Of a stretch of 64,000 bases of DNA, positions 12,501-24,598 are shown piece after piece. A model generated the notes under the pieces. The model made no database searches and was not told where the DNA came from. It saw only the letters and a program-made list of their open reading frames with translations. Position numbers and translations under genes: made by a program. This DNA comes from Camelus ferus (lineage: Eukaryota), in NCBI RefSeq assembly GCF_009834535.1, contig NC_045696.1:8000001-8064000 (forward strand), given 5' to 3'. Position 1 is the stretch's first letter, and each line of letters begins with the position of its first letter.

Positions 12501-15500
12501 GCGTTACTTTTCAAGTCTTAGACACATGGCCCCACAACTATCTTTATGACTGCCATGAAGTTAATTTTGTGTGGAACAGTCTCGCCCTCAGGGATTTGCA
12601 AGAGTAAGGAAAATACCAGCAGGTAAATTGGTTGTTGGTAATTCATATTATCCCCTGAGCTAATCAGACTGTTTCACTCCTATTGCCTGAATAAAACACA
12701 CATATTGGAAAATAAATGACATTTAGAATGTTACAGGAGAGTCTATGAAAAATGAAGTCTAACTCTTCCTTAGTGCTTTCATTCCAGGGCCATCTGAAAT
12801 TCAGTTTGTTACAGTTAAACATAGTTGGATAAATGTTCAAAAGGACCATTAGGACTGATGAGTGACATGTCCGTACATCTCATTTAAAAAAAAAAAATTC
12901 TTCGTTCCTAGAACACAGTTAAATTATTGTGTTTAATTAGACAAGTAAATACAGCAAAAAGATCTCCTTTCAGAAAAGACAAAGATATCTTATTTTCATA
13001 TTAATTTAAATGGAGTTTTTAAAATCACTGCAGTAGTAAACTCTAATGTAACAATGAAATAAATATCCAACCTTACCACTGGGTACTTCTTGCTTAAGTA
13101 AGCCCTATTTTTAAACGACTTTTTCTTTAAAAGTTGCCGGGAAATTCAAATTTAATTCAAAGCTCTTTCCGCATTCACTCACCTATTCAATAAAGATTTA
13201 TTACATACTAACTTTGTGTAATGCTCTTGTCCTAATTAGTTTCCAATTTCTTATTATGTTGTAAGAAAAACAGTAAAACAAAATGCTTCATATGAAAGCA
13301 AGAACAAAAAAAAAATCAGAGCTAAACCATGGTTCACATTGGTGAAGCTGTAATAAAAATATCTCTGAAGAAAATTTCAGGCAAACAGAGATGAAGACAA
13401 TTTGCCCAATATGAACTTACCTGTCACAGCTCAGGGTAGCAACATACTGGCCCAAAGGATCCCAGGTTACTCCTTGTACGTAACTTTTATGTTCATTAAA
13501 AATTGAGATCTTTTGTCCTACAAATAAAGCACACAACAGCATTACCAAAGCCTACTCAAGTACAAATGGTATAAACTATAACTTAAGGATTATTTCTTTA
13601 TGCCATTCCATCATTCAGCAGGCTGAAGACTCTGCACCAAGCTCCCCATCAGGCCCTGGGGACCTCGGATGACTTCACACAGCCCCTCCTCCCAGGGAGC
13701 TCACGGCTTCTAGGGGCACAGAGCCACCGCCAGGCATGCGCACTGCAATGCGCCATGGAGGATGAGGGGCGCTGACAAAGCGGGGGGTGAGGGTCAAGAA
13801 GAAGCGAGCTCTGAGTGCAGTTCTCCAGGTCAGACAGGACGCAGGGGGCCAGTGAAGGGGAGAAGAGGGTATTCTGAGCAAGTCCACGGGGTGAACGTCA
13901 GCTGAGGCACCTGGAGCACTGACACATAACCGAGACCGCCAGTGGGTAAGAGAAGTGTGTGTGCGAGGAAGGGGCTCTGGGTGCTCAAGCGTGGCTCAGA
14001 GGAACGCTGAGCTGGGAAGTGACCTGCATTATAAAGATGAAGCTGATGTTTTAAGAAGAGCACAGAAAGTGTTACTAGTTGGGAGGTGATGGGAGACCAA
14101 GTGAGAGATGAGAGCCTGAACAATGCAAGTAGGGATGGAAAAGGGAAAATGTTTACTTTGGGGAAAATATTTAGAAGGTCAAACCAGCAGCACGCAAAGA
14201 TTACCTGGATAAAAAGAGGAGGGAGTTAGGAAGCCTTGGCCATTCTTAAAAAAACAAAAACCACAGCCGCCTTCTCTGGGGAGCGGGCTACACCCCCCAC
14301 TCACTCCCCCAACCATCTCACCTTCCACTCGCTCAGCCCTCCGCAGTGGGCTTCCGCTCCCCACCGCGGGCCACATCTCCCAGCCTGAAAGTTGCCAGTG
14401 ACCTGCCAGTGACCTTCATAGGTAAAACGTACCGCACAAATTTCAGGCTAACTTTCCTCCCTGCTCCCCATCTTGAAGCCCTTTTCAGGGAGTCTGCTGA
14501 GACTGGTAGCTGGGGGTGAAGACCCGTGGAGGTCTGGGGGGAGCTACTTGAGAGAACAGGAGGGGGACCTGACCTCACAAGTGACAGGGAGTGAGGACAC
14601 CGGGACCCCACCTGAGGCTGGTGAGGATGCATTTGTAGCGGCCCAGTCTGCAGGGTGCTGCTCGGCTCGGGACTCGGAAACCACCAGTACTGTAACGCCG
14701 ATCCTGGGCTGGGGTCTGTCTTGGTGGGTCCGATGGAAGAACAGGGCCCGAGGGAACTGACTATGTTCCTAAGTGGTCACCCTGGAGAGCAAGCTGGGTA
14801 GAGAAAATACTGGAGCCAGAGGGGCCAATAGACTAGGAAACAGGGCTCAGGGGACCTGAGGGCTCCAGGAAGAGAACGAGTGGGAAGCAGGGATGCTGAG
14901 AGACCTGGAGGAGACGGTCCTGGTGAAAGAACAGGACACCTGGCTTAAGATGTCACTGACAGAGCAGCTGAATGACAGAGGCCTTCAAAGAAGCCCAGCC
15001 AAAGCCCTGTGGACCAACTGACGTGACAACGGTGGAATAAGCAGGGGTTCCTTTTAAAGGGCCAGCTTGAAGATTATGATTCAAAACTCTGGAGGAACTA
15101 AGGTGATGGGCAGTCACAACATGTGAAATTCCTTCAGTAAAAATGTACTGACTTTAAATAATTTTGCCTGTTATACAATTTAAAAACACGACAGAGGTCT
15201 AGGACGCGGTCTTGATTTCTACTGGCCAAAACTGTTCTTTCCTCCAGCGTACCTAACCTCAGGAAATGCCACCAATATTCACATGGTCGTCAAAATGCTT
15301 GGAGTTACAGCCAGCGCATCGGCAAATCCTGCCAACTCTTTCTTCAAATTATACCCTAACTGAGGCGTTCCTCACCCCTTCCATCAGTAGCTCCCCAGCT
15401 CAAGCCGTCGGCACCTCTCTCCTGAATCACTTCCATAACACCAACAGGGTCCCCTGCTCCCCTCTGTGTTCTCCTAGATCAGTTTGCCACGTACCACCCC

Positions 15501-18500
15501 AAGACATCTTTTTAAAACATAAATAAAATCACATTACTGCTCAAAACCCTTCAACATCAAGCAGTCACACTTAGGATACAACCAGAAACCCTTCCCATGG
15601 TCTATAACCCGCTGCAGCCCGGCCTCCGCACCCCTCCGGCCTCAGGTCCTCCCGTCCCCCTGCTCCTGCACTCGGTCGATTTCCTGTTCCTTGGACACAA
15701 GTGACTCCTGCTGCAGGGACTCTGCACCTTCCGTTCCCACAGGCTGGAGCATTCCTCCCCGAAATAACTCCCATGGCTTGCTCCTTGACTTCATTTCAGT
15801 CTCTGTTCAAACACCAAGTGCTCAGAGAAGCCTTGCCCAGTCCCCCTATCACTCTCCCACCCTTCGTAGCACTGTCACTTCCTGGCATTATACCCGTCTG
15901 TTCACTCGTCTGATGCCCCAACAGAATGTAGCCATTGTGTTCACGTATTTTCCAGCACCTGCAAGAGTGCCCAGCTTGCTGGCAATGTTCAAGGCCATTA
16001 CCACTGGCTTCAGAGGGTGCTGGATGGACTGTCCATGGACACTGTAATTATCTAATATGTGGCCAGATTTGAGAAAAAGAAGACAGTGACACTGGTCCTC
16101 CGTTTTGCCAAAGATCGGGAACCGATTAGAAAAACTGTGACAGAGATGAGGCAAGACAGAGGACGGTTCAGCCAGATGGCACAAACCTAAGAAGAACAGG
16201 GGCTTCTATGGTGTAGACAAAAACTAGGCAGAGCAGCAAGGCAGCCCCAGGCGATGCCAACGCCACCTCCTGACTCCTGAGCTGGGCACTTGGGCGGCAG
16301 GAGAATCAGCAGCCTGCACACTAAAGAGGAGGCGAGGCAGTGGTCTGGGAGAAAACATCAAGCTTGAGTGAAGGACCACAGGGGTGAAAAGTGGGCAGGT
16401 ACCAGGCACCACTGGCCTCTGGCATCTCACTGCTATTTTCACACAACTGTGACTTCTCACACGTCTGCTGTCCCTCCAACTAGAGAGCAGGTTCTTTCAA
16501 AGCAGCGAGGTGTCCTTGGCTTTCCCTAATGTCCCAAAATGGAAGCCTGATCCGACAGACCCCAACATCGAGCACTCAGTGCCCCACTGTGATTATGATG
16601 GCTTGATCATCTTCCCAAGACCCTGAGTTCATGAAGGCGGGGACCAGCCCTGTCCCCGTTGGGTCTGCATCCCCAGCACGTGGGAGTTACCTTGCTCTGC
16701 TAACTCCTGACGCCACTGCCAAACCTCAGACGTTCTGACAGGGCCCTTAAAAATGAGGTGGCTCCAGGACACAGGGGCTAATCCCTAACTTCTCCAGCCA
16801 AACACTTATTTCAGATCATGAGAGAAACTCTTCTGAAGCCTTTAAAAGTTAGGCTTTTTAGACACTTAGAATATTCCTTCCCCCAATAATAGCAAAAATG
16901 TATCAGCTACCTTTACTGACATCCCACATGATGGCCGTGTTATCCACAGAGGCAGAAGCCATTAAATTGCCGTCAGTTGCCCAGCAAATATCATACACAT
17001 CTTCTAAGTGGCCCCTAGACTCCAAAGAGGAAAAAGAGGAGAAAAAGCAATTCTTATCTCAAGGAGAGAAAAAAATGTCAAAAATTTAAAGGTAAACTCA
17101 GCGAGCATACATCAGAACGGGATTTTAGACATTTCTACTGGAGCTATCTCAGCTGTAACTATAACCTATGACTTTCAAGGGTATTTGTATCTTTAAAACC
17201 GATCCCAGTTTACTACGAAAATTTTATAACACAAACTAGGAAAATTCGTTTTAATCGTGTTTTTATCTTTTAAACTAATCTTGTATTACTGCCATGCATA
17301 AGGAAAAGTTTAAAGCGAGATATGAAACTCAAAGTGCACAGCAGTTTAATGCAGTCAGACGGTGATGACACTCCGCTCCCACGTCCCTCCCTGGGTTACC
17401 TCAGCGTTTTCACGACAGTCCAGTTCTCCTTGTTCAGCTGAGCCTCATCCTCGTCCTGAAAAACTATCTGTTCCGGCTCCTTGTTATCATTCACCTTCCA
17501 CAACAGAATGACAGCGTCTGTGGAGCAAGTCGATTAAAGAGAAGCCGTGCTTTACCGCACGTGCCTTCACGTCTGGAGTTTTAGGGTGTTAAACAGTATC
17601 TATGTTGTTCGATAGACGCTACAGTCATGACGATTTACTTCTAAGAATCTGGGCAGGAAAAGCAGGTTTGTCTTCTGAACAAAAACTCCAGAATCAAACT
17701 CATACCAGATTAGAGCTACACAAGGTCGCCTTGAAACAGAAGGGTCCCCAGGCCAGCAAAGCCCCACTGCAAACCAACTGACTGCAGATCTACAGCATAA
17801 CCTGTAAGTGGCTAAACAGGAAAAAAAAAAAAACCAGAGCCACCGACGTAAGGCTTGGCAAACCATTCTGAGATGTGTAACCTACAGCAAGTAAGTCACT
17901 TATCATCCTGATGCCTCGGTCTCCTCTCCTGTAAAATGGGAATAACGGTATGCCTACCTCACAGGGCTACTGTGAGGATTAAATGAGTTAATATGCATAA
18001 AGCACTTACAACACAATGCCTGGCATGAGTAAGCCTGTGTACGTGTTAGCTGCTCATATCATGGACACATCAGGTACCCTAGTCTGATGTCATCATGTGT
18101 CTGAGTCCTCCACTCCCCACGTTCTGACTCCACACTCCTCACACAACCTTCTGGTCACAACTCGGCCTCCCTTTGAGGAATGCCCAAAGGAGAGTGAATC
18201 AGCTGGTTCTATGGACACGTGTTCCTTCTAAATTAACTGGAACCCTGGGAGCTTGGCTGAGATGAGGTTGGCCCTGACAGATGGACACTCTCTACGTGCT
18301 GACTAAGAGCAGATTGCTGGGCCTTCAAGGGCAAAGGACCTGTGCTGCCCTGTACACCCCACAGAAGACAGCCTGCTGGCCTTCCCCAGGTGATGTTCCC
18401 ACTCCCCGCCTTTCCCTCTGCACACACACTGGACCTCAGGGCACCGAATTTAACAAGGTCTCTTTTCCTCCTTCTGCAAACAACATCTGAGATTCCTGCT

Positions 18501-19750
18501 TTATTTTTATTCTGGCTTCTAGACTATCCTAGTTTTAAAGCACGATAAAAAGACTTACTTTTTCTGTACAGTTTGATGCCATTTAAGCACAAGTAGAAAA
18601 TGTGACTCAATCTACTTCCACTAAACAAACATAATTTAGAGGGTCATTTAGACAAGACTCCTTAAGCCTATTAACTCATTAATTATACAGAGACATGGAA
18701 CGGACTGTGATCACTTACAGATACTAAACTAACAGTCCCACAAGGCCAGAGCAGTTGCTTTGGGACCCTGACAGAACATTAAGCACCTTCTCAGTTGTCT
18801 CCAACCAGCCTGGAGGGAGTAAGTGGGAAAGAAGCCATTTTCATTTTACAGGTCTTTGCAGTTTAAGCTCACTGGCCTCCACCCCTTCAGGCTCCCCTCA
18901 CCACTATTTTACTAAACTATCTAAATGGCAGATTCAGAAGCGACCTCTACAATAAAACAGTATATCTAGCTCAAATCTCACTATTTAACATGAGACACAC
19001 AGGTATTCGGTTTCTAAAGAATTTCAAAGTAAAATACTCACCATCTCCTCCTGATGCTAAAATGTCCCCATTTGGAGAAAAACGCACAACATTGACAGCT
19101 TTCGTATGGCGAGCAAGATTGGACAAAAATTCAACAATAGCCTTTCCATCGGGTCCTTTTTCTACCTTCCAGATCTGTTGATATGAAAACATTTCATTCA
19201 GAGAAACATAAAGTGAGCACCCACCACACCGTGCATACGAAAGCAATACCATGCTTATTTTCAGAAAGAAAACTTAGATTTTCTGTTGAAATGAAAAAAA
19301 TGGAGGAACTCCTATCTGAAACATAAACCTACAGCCCCACTGCCTGCTGTCCACGCTCTTTCTAGTGCAGAGTGTTCCCCAACAGGAACCTGGCTCAGGA
19401 TTCTCAAATAATGAGCATCCAGTTACATCAGTCTAGGGACCAGGCCCCAAGGAAGAAAGCTGCTCTCTTTTGCTTTCTTTGTTGACTCAAAGCCCATGAG
19501 ACTTTATCCCTCTGGGCTAGATAACTAAGTAGTGTGTGCTTGTTGACGTTAGTTATAAATAAAAGAATTGAGAATGCTGCTTCAGTAGTGCGTGCCTGGG
19601 CCTTTCCGTCTTCGCCCCGCTTACCCTGACAGCGGTGTCCACCCCCGCGGACGCCAGTCTGTGGATCCTCCCGGCAGGGCCGTGCTGGAAGTCCAGGCTG
19701 TACACAGGCTCCTTGTTGTGCCAGGCGATTTCACAAGTGATGACTTTCAT
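3501..19750 (-). CDS. CHAF1B: Chromatin assembly factor 1 subunit B (CAF-1 p60), full spliced CDS span: 13 coding exons, 1680 nt, 559 aa
   Basis: N-terminus [26 protein letters not shown]40 repeats, B-domain motif RRITLNTL and C-terminus ELKRPRL...LDP*. Exon lengths 126+133+118+104+97+85+94+70+92+142+432+95+92 = 1680, all GT-AG and in phase. Confidence 0.98.
3735..3914 (+). mobile_element. MER20-like hAT-Charlie DNA transposon remnant
   Basis: CAGTGGTTCTCAACCAGGGG...GGCTGAGAACC termini; internal similarity to the MER20 consensus as recalled. Confidence 0.7.
4125..4219 (-). CDS. CHAF1B: CHAF1B exon 13 ([13 protein letters not shown]...EESQS)
   Basis: atcaag|GAG...CAG|gtaagt; 95 nt. Confidence 0.94.
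5745..6176 (-). CDS. CHAF1B: CHAF1B exon 12 ([15 protein letters not shown]...[17 protein letters not shown]): last WD repeat, S/T/P-rich linker, ASF1-binding B-domain
   Basis: acaaag|GTC...CCG|gtgaga; 432 nt; matches ORF 5741-6121. Confidence 0.96.
6962..7103 (-). CDS. CHAF1B: CHAF1B exon 11 ([10 protein letters not shown]...LSDISW)
   Basis: gccag|GTG...CTG|gtgagt; 142 nt; an alternative in-frame AG lies 6 nt upstream. Confidence 0.93.
7540..8830 (+). mobile_element. Old L1 (L1M) 5' region / ORF1 remnant
   Basis: GGAGTCCCTGAAG...AAATATTTGAAGAAATAATTGCTGAAAA...ATCTTAAAAGCAGCCAG, typical of decayed L1 ORF1; boundaries approximate. Confidence 0.65.
9115..9206 (-). CDS. CHAF1B: CHAF1B exon 10 ([30 protein letters not shown])
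   Basis: ttctag|ACC...CAG|gtgcgt; 92 nt. Confidence 0.95.
9307..9376 (-). CDS. CHAF1B: CHAF1B exon 9 ([10 protein letters not shown]...KNLKR)
   Basis: ctccag|CTG...AAG|gtatgc; 70 nt. Confidence 0.95.
10655..10748 (-). CDS. CHAF1B: CHAF1B exon 8 ([31 protein letters not shown])
   Basis: cttcag|GCG...CAG|gtgtgt; 94 nt. Confidence 0.96.
11212..11334 (-). mobile_element. tRNA-derived SINE (vic-1-like)
   Basis: Reverse complement of GGGGAAGGGCACAGCTCAGTGGTAAAG...GGTTCCATCCCCAGTACCTCC plus tail. Confidence 0.85.
11802..11955. mobile_element. MER5-like hAT-Charlie remnant
   Basis: CAGCAGTTCTC...GGTGATTC...GAAACCACTG termini. Confidence 0.6.
12153..12237 (-). CDS. CHAF1B: CHAF1B exon 7 ([14 protein letters not shown]...AEGE)
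   Basis: tttag|GAT...GAG|gtatac; 85 nt. Confidence 0.95.
13421..13517 (-). CDS. CHAF1B: CHAF1B exon 6 ([21 protein letters not shown]...SCDR)
   Basis: ttgtag|GAC...CAG|gtaagt; 97 nt. Confidence 0.96.
15230..15990 (+). mobile_element. L2 LINE 3' remnant
   Basis: Pyrimidine-rich L2-type motifs (CTGCTCAAAACCCTTCAA, CTCAGAGAAGCCTT, TCCAGCACCT); boundaries approximate. Confidence 0.55.
16911..17014 (-). CDS. CHAF1B: CHAF1B exon 5 ([11 protein letters not shown]...WDVSK)
   Basis: gtctag|GGG...AAG|gtagct; 104 nt; GH...WD repeat. Confidence 0.96.
17400..17517 (-). CDS. CHAF1B: CHAF1B exon 4 ([11 protein letters not shown]...VVKTLR)
   Basis: ccacag|ACG...GAG|gtaacc; 118 nt. Confidence 0.96.
17865..18050 (+). 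mobile_element. MIR SINE
   Basis: Core CTGTAAAATGGGAATAA...ACCTCACAGGGCTACTGTGAGGATTAAATGAG. Confidence 0.8.
19042..19174 (-). CDS. CHAF1B: CHAF1B exon 3 ([10 protein letters not shown]...LASGGD)
   Basis: caacag|ATC...ATG|gtgagt; 133 nt; WD40 repeat. Confidence 0.97.
19625..19750 (-). CDS. CHAF1B: CHAF1B exon 2 coding part (start codon; MKVITCEI...DTAVR)
   Basis: ATG at 19750-19748; donor AGG|gtaagc; 126 nt. Confidence 0.97.
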
Positions 19751-20348
19751 CCTCTAGAGTCTTGAAAGGGAGAAAAAAAAATTCCTCAGGAACCATCCTT
19801 TTGTCAAAGACAGAGGAATGCTGAAAATCGTTGGTAACGAGTTGAGTATTACAGCAGGAACGATGTTCTAAACGCTTATTAGGAGCGAGGAACCCTGCTA
19901 ACCATTAAAAATGCACGCTGTACTGGGAGAGGATGTAATGTTGACCTCTGACGTAACACCTCGCAAGTTCCACCTAAAATGATTCGCTGAGTTTTACGTT
20001 TATTCTCCTGCTACGTCCGGAAAAGTAAAATGGTTCACTCAGGCAGTGGAAATCAAGGGGCCGGATCAGGCTGCACGACCCCAGCGGCTTAGGGGAGGCT
20101 AGGGGGCGAGCCTGACAGCTAGGAGCCCGGCAGCCCCGGGGGAGGAGCCTTCCTAGGGGAGGGGACCGCCCGGAGGAGGGGGCTGCCGGGTAAGAGGACC
20201 GCCCGGAGGAGGAGGCCGCCCGGGCGAGAGGACCACCTGGGGAGCCGTCCGAGACCGCGGGCGAGAGGGGAGCCCCCTTTCCGCCGCTCGAGAAGGGGCT
20301 CTGGGCCCGGGAAGCCGAGACCGAACCTGGTGGGGGAGGAGGCAGCAC

Positions 20349-20396
20349 GGGGCCGGGGCCGGGGCCGGGGCCGGGGCCGGAGCCGGAGCCGGAGCC
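20349..20396 (+). repeat. (GGGGCC)5(GGAGCC)3 hexanucleotide repeat
   Basis: Read directly. Confidence 0.95.
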
Positions 20397-20546
20397 GGGC
20401 CCCGGGCTGGGACCAGCCGCGAGAACGCGCGCTTCCTGGGAGCTATCCCGGGTCCTCACGGCTGGCCCTCAGCGGAACCCTCAAACGCCGCCCGGCCTGG
20501 AAGGGAAACCGCGGGGACGCGGGAGTCAGCGCGGGGAAGGCCGTAC

Positions 20547-20615
20547 CTGCAGGGACGCGGTGGTCAGTCACCCGTGCCGCCAGCTCCCGCCGCCGCGCTC
20601 GCCGCTTCCCGCGCA
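20547..20615 (-). other. CHAF1B: CHAF1B non-coding exon 1 (5' end approximate)
   Basis: Donor CCTGCAG|gtacgg at 20547/20546 inside the CpG island; would splice to acceptor ttttcag|CATT at 19820; TSS not determinable from sequence. Confidence 0.7.
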
Positions 20616-21116
20616 AGCAGGCCCCGCCCCGAGTGGGCGTGACTCTAGAAACACCCCGCCTCCGCACGGGCGGGATTCCCGGGAGGCCCCGCCCCCTCCG
20701 CCGAGGACGATCCCCCTGCATCTGAGTGGTCCGAATCTGGGCTGGCTTCCGCTGGCTTCCGCAGGCTCTGTAATTCCCTGCTGGTCCGACGTTTCCGTGG
20801 AAGAATAAGGGAGTTCTTTGATTCATTTGTTCAGTCATTTCTTCCTTTGTTGATTTATTCTTTTAGCAAACATTACTGAGAGCCTGCTGTAAGCTGGACC
20901 CTATGCTGGCCCTGAATACACAGCAGAGAGCAAAGCTGACTCAGACTTACCCTCAGAAAATTGACACTCCGGTAAAAGGAAATGAAGAGCCATCCTGTAG
21001 GGCCGGTTGGGAGTCTGTAATTCTAACATCTGCGCCAAGACTATGAAGTGTTTCACTGGTGTAGTGAATATTAGACAAATGTATCAGGCCATGTCTAGGT
21101 CACTGGTGTTTCAAAC

Positions 21117-21811
21117 ATAACAGGGAACCCTCCTACACTGTTGATGGGAATGGAAATTTGTGCAGCCATTATGGAGAACAGTATGGAGGTTCCTTAAAAA
21201 ACTAAAAATAGAACTACCATATGATCCAGCAGTCCCACTCCTGGGCATATATCTAGAAAAGATGAAAACTCTAATTTGAAAAGATACATGCACCCCAATG
21301 TTCATAGCAGTACTCTTTACAATAGCCGAGACATGGAAGCAATCTAAATGTCCATGACAGATGAATGGATAAAGAAGATGTGGTGTATATTTACAATGGA
21401 ATATTACTCAGTAATAAAAAAGAATGAAATAATGCCATTTGCAACAATATGGATAGACCTAGAGATGATCATAATGTTAAGTCAAAGACAAATTGAAAAA
21501 GTGATACAAATGAACTTATTTACAAAGCAGAAGTAGACTCACAGACATAGAAAACAAATTTATAGTTACCAAAAGGGAAGAGGGGAGGGATAAATTAAGA
21601 GTGTGGGATTAGCAGATACACACTACTATATGTAAAATGGATAAACAACAAGGACTTCTTGCATAGCACAGGGAACTGTATTCAATATCTTGTGATCACT
21701 TATAACGGAAAAGAATCTGAAAAAGAAAAAATATTTACATGTATAACTGAATCTCTTTGCTGTACACCTGAAACATTGCAAATCAGCTATACTTCAATAA
21801 AATAAATAAAA
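21117..21811 (+). mobile_element. 5'-truncated L1 (ORF2 end, 3' UTR, A tail), artiodactyl-type
   Basis: GGGAACCCTCCTACACTGTTG...CCCAATGTTCATAGCAG...GCTGTACACCTGAAAC...AATAAAATAAATAAAA. Confidence 0.88.
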
Positions 21812-23134
21812 CACAGAGACAGTCTTTGGACCTCCTGTAGTCATGTACACAAATAATAATAAAAAGAAAAAGTGAAAAGGAGCGTGAAAGGAACAATGTG
21901 CTTGTACAGTTCTGAAGACAAGGTTATTTTCGATCTGAAGGCTCAAAGGAAGTTTGTAGAGAAGGAGGCATTTAAAATGGACTTCAAGTGATATAGTTAT
22001 TGACAAGCAGCTCTGGAAAATGGGGATTTTGAAGAAATGACTGTTTTCAGCTCTAAAACAGGAAATGTATTAGATGAGCCTGAAACACCTTATTATCCTA
22101 TAAAGCAAGAAAATCACCAAAGACTACAAGGATTATGTAGTAAGGACATAGGAGCCAATCTGAAGAGACCTGTAGCCAGAGCAAGACAATTTTCCATTGG
22201 AAAATGGCCACAATGGATTGAAACACATAAAATGTTAAATTCAAAAGTTGACAATGTTATTAACAACAACAACAAAAACCTTGTTGGTTACCTTTGGAAG
22301 ATATTTGGGAAACAATACCTGAGTCAAACATTTATCCTGCCTATTCCATATGAATCATATACCTGAGGATAACTAAATAGGTTTTCTCTATAGATTTCCC
22401 AGCAATTCAAAAGGAATTGAAAATATGAGTATCACCATTTCACAGCTTCTAATAAAATAATGGATCTAGGTGATTGTTAATGAATGCTAAAAATCATTAT
22501 GTAAAAGAATGATAGGGAACTTCATAAAGGATGGATTTGGATGACAAAACTAACTCACGAATTGATCTTAATGTAGCAAAAAGAGACAAATACACATATG
22601 TACCCCTTGATGTGATGCAATAGGATGAACATAGTACTGCCTAAGAACTCAAAAAAAAAATCAAAAAGAACTTGAATGTGATTAACTCTGTAGATCCAAC
22701 TACTAGTTTATAGAAAATATAAGAGATTTTTTAATTAAATCAGTAACAAAATGAGGGAACTAAAGGAAAAATATTCTGATTTCTTCAATAACTAAAAAGA
22801 AAGAAAATAAAGGAAGAACAACTTACAAATCTAAAGAAACTTTAGAAACATATCAACCAAATGCAGTATGTTTTCTTTTGGATCCCAACTTGAAGAAACC
22901 AGCTGGAAAAATAATTATGAGATGACCAAAGAAATTTGAATACTAAATAGATTTGATATTGGAGGATGATTAATATTTAAGGTACAATAACAGTATTATT
23001 TTTGTGTTTTAAAATCCTATTTAAAATCTGAAATGAAAAATTTTAAATCTCACTCAGTGATAACACTACATTATTTACAGATGATATTATATACTATGTA
23101 GAATTTGCTTCAAAATATAGGAGGGGCAAGAGAA

Positions 23135-24598
23135 CATAGAAGAACAATAGAGAAAATCAACAAAACCAAAAGCTGTTTCTTTGGAAAACATCAACAAAAC
23201 TGACCTTAGCTAGGCTGATTAAGGAAAAAAATTCAAATTACTAAAATTAGAAAAGGAAGTGGTGACATGAAAAGTGATGTTATAATAAAAAGGATTATTC
23301 TTATGGAAATAAATAGAATACTGTTATGAGCAATTGTATGCCAGAAAACTGGATACCTATATAAATGGACAAATTTCTGGAAACACAAAACTTACGAAAC
23401 TTAATCACAAAGAAGTAGAAAATCTGAATAGACTTAAAACTAGTAAGGAAATTGACTCAATAAAAACCTTCCAACAAAGAAAAGACCTGGATAGATGGAG
23501 TCACTGGTGAATTCTGCCAAACATTTAAAGAATTAACACTAATCTTTCCCAAACTCTTTCAAAAAATTAAACAGGAGGAAAACACTTCCTAACTTATTCT
23601 ATCAGGCTGACATTACCCTGATACCAAAGCTAGACAGAAACCACAAGAAAAGAAAAACACAGACCAATAATATTATGCATATATATGCAAAAAAACCCAA
23701 ATAGTAATAAGCCAAATTCAGCAACATATTAAAAGGATTATACACTATGACCAAGTGGGATTTATTCTTGAAATGCAAGAATAACTCAGCATGTAAAAAC
23801 CAATCAACATGCCATCCACATTAATGGAATGAAGGGGGAAAAACTCCACATTATCATCTCATTTGATGCAAAAAAAACATTGAACAGAATTCAAGATAAT
23901 TTCATAATTAAAACAACAACAGAGGGGAAGGTATAGCTCAGTCATAGAGCACATGCTTAGCATGCACGAGGTCCTGGTTCAATTCCCAGTACCTCCATTT
24001 AAGTAAATAAATCCAATTCCACCCACCCCCCCCCCAGCAAAGTGTTTGGCTCTCTAAACTATGTGCATATATAAGCTTGATAAAAATAAATACTAAATAA
24101 AATAAGCTTTAAAAAAAAACACAGTAAACCAGGAATGGAAAGAATCTTCCTCAATGTGGTAACAGTAGTGTATGAATAACCCACAGCTAACAGCATACTC
24201 AATGGTGAGACTGAAAGCTTCTCCCCTAAGAGCAAGAACAAGACAAGAATGCCCAATTTCACCATGTCTATTCAACATAATATTGGCAGTTCTAGCCAGA
24301 GCAATTAAGCAAGAAAAATAAATAAAAGACATAAAAATTGGAAAGGGAGAAGTCAAACTATCTCTTTGAACATGACATGATTTTATATGTAGAAAACCCT
24401 AAGTATTCCACATACACAAAAATGTTAGAATAAATGAATTCAGCAAAGATGCAGGATACAAAATCACATAAAAAATCAGTTCCATTTCTAAACTAACAAT
24501 GAACATTCAGAAAGGAAACTGAGAAAAAATTCCATTTACAATAGCATGAAAATAATACTTAGGAATAAATTTAACCAAGGAAGCGTAAGACTTGAACA
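23135..24598 (+). mobile_element. L1 ORF2 fragment (reverse transcriptase region), decayed
   Basis: ATTACCCTGATACCAAAGC, GACCAAGTGGGATTTATT, ATCTCATTTGATGCA and GACATGATTTTATATGTAGAAAACCC motifs, with frameshifts. Confidence 0.85.
23922..24035 (+). mobile_element. tRNA-derived SINE (vic-1-like) nested in L1 ORF2
   Basis: GGGGAAGGTATAGCTCAGTC...GGTTCAATTCCCAGTACCTCC; L1 sequence resumes at about 24115. Confidence 0.85.

Larger units (their letters stand above)
20050..20800. promoter_or_regulatory. CpG island / TATA-less CHAF1B promoter with E2F-type site TTCCCGCG (20606-20613) and GC boxes (about 20622-20630 and 20685-20696)
   Basis: Very high GC and CpG density; motifs read directly; consistent with an S-phase gene. 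Confidence 0.85.

Noticed and set aside
19974..20838. Long ORFs across the CpG island (GP/GS and RG dipeptide runs)
   Set aside because: By-products of GC-rich, stop-poor sequence and the hexamer repeat; no recognisable protein.
21111..21536. ORFs with L1-like peptides (also 24093-24356, 47120-47410, 48561-48804)
   Set aside because: Fragments of decayed L1 copies; none encodes an intact ORF1 or ORF2.
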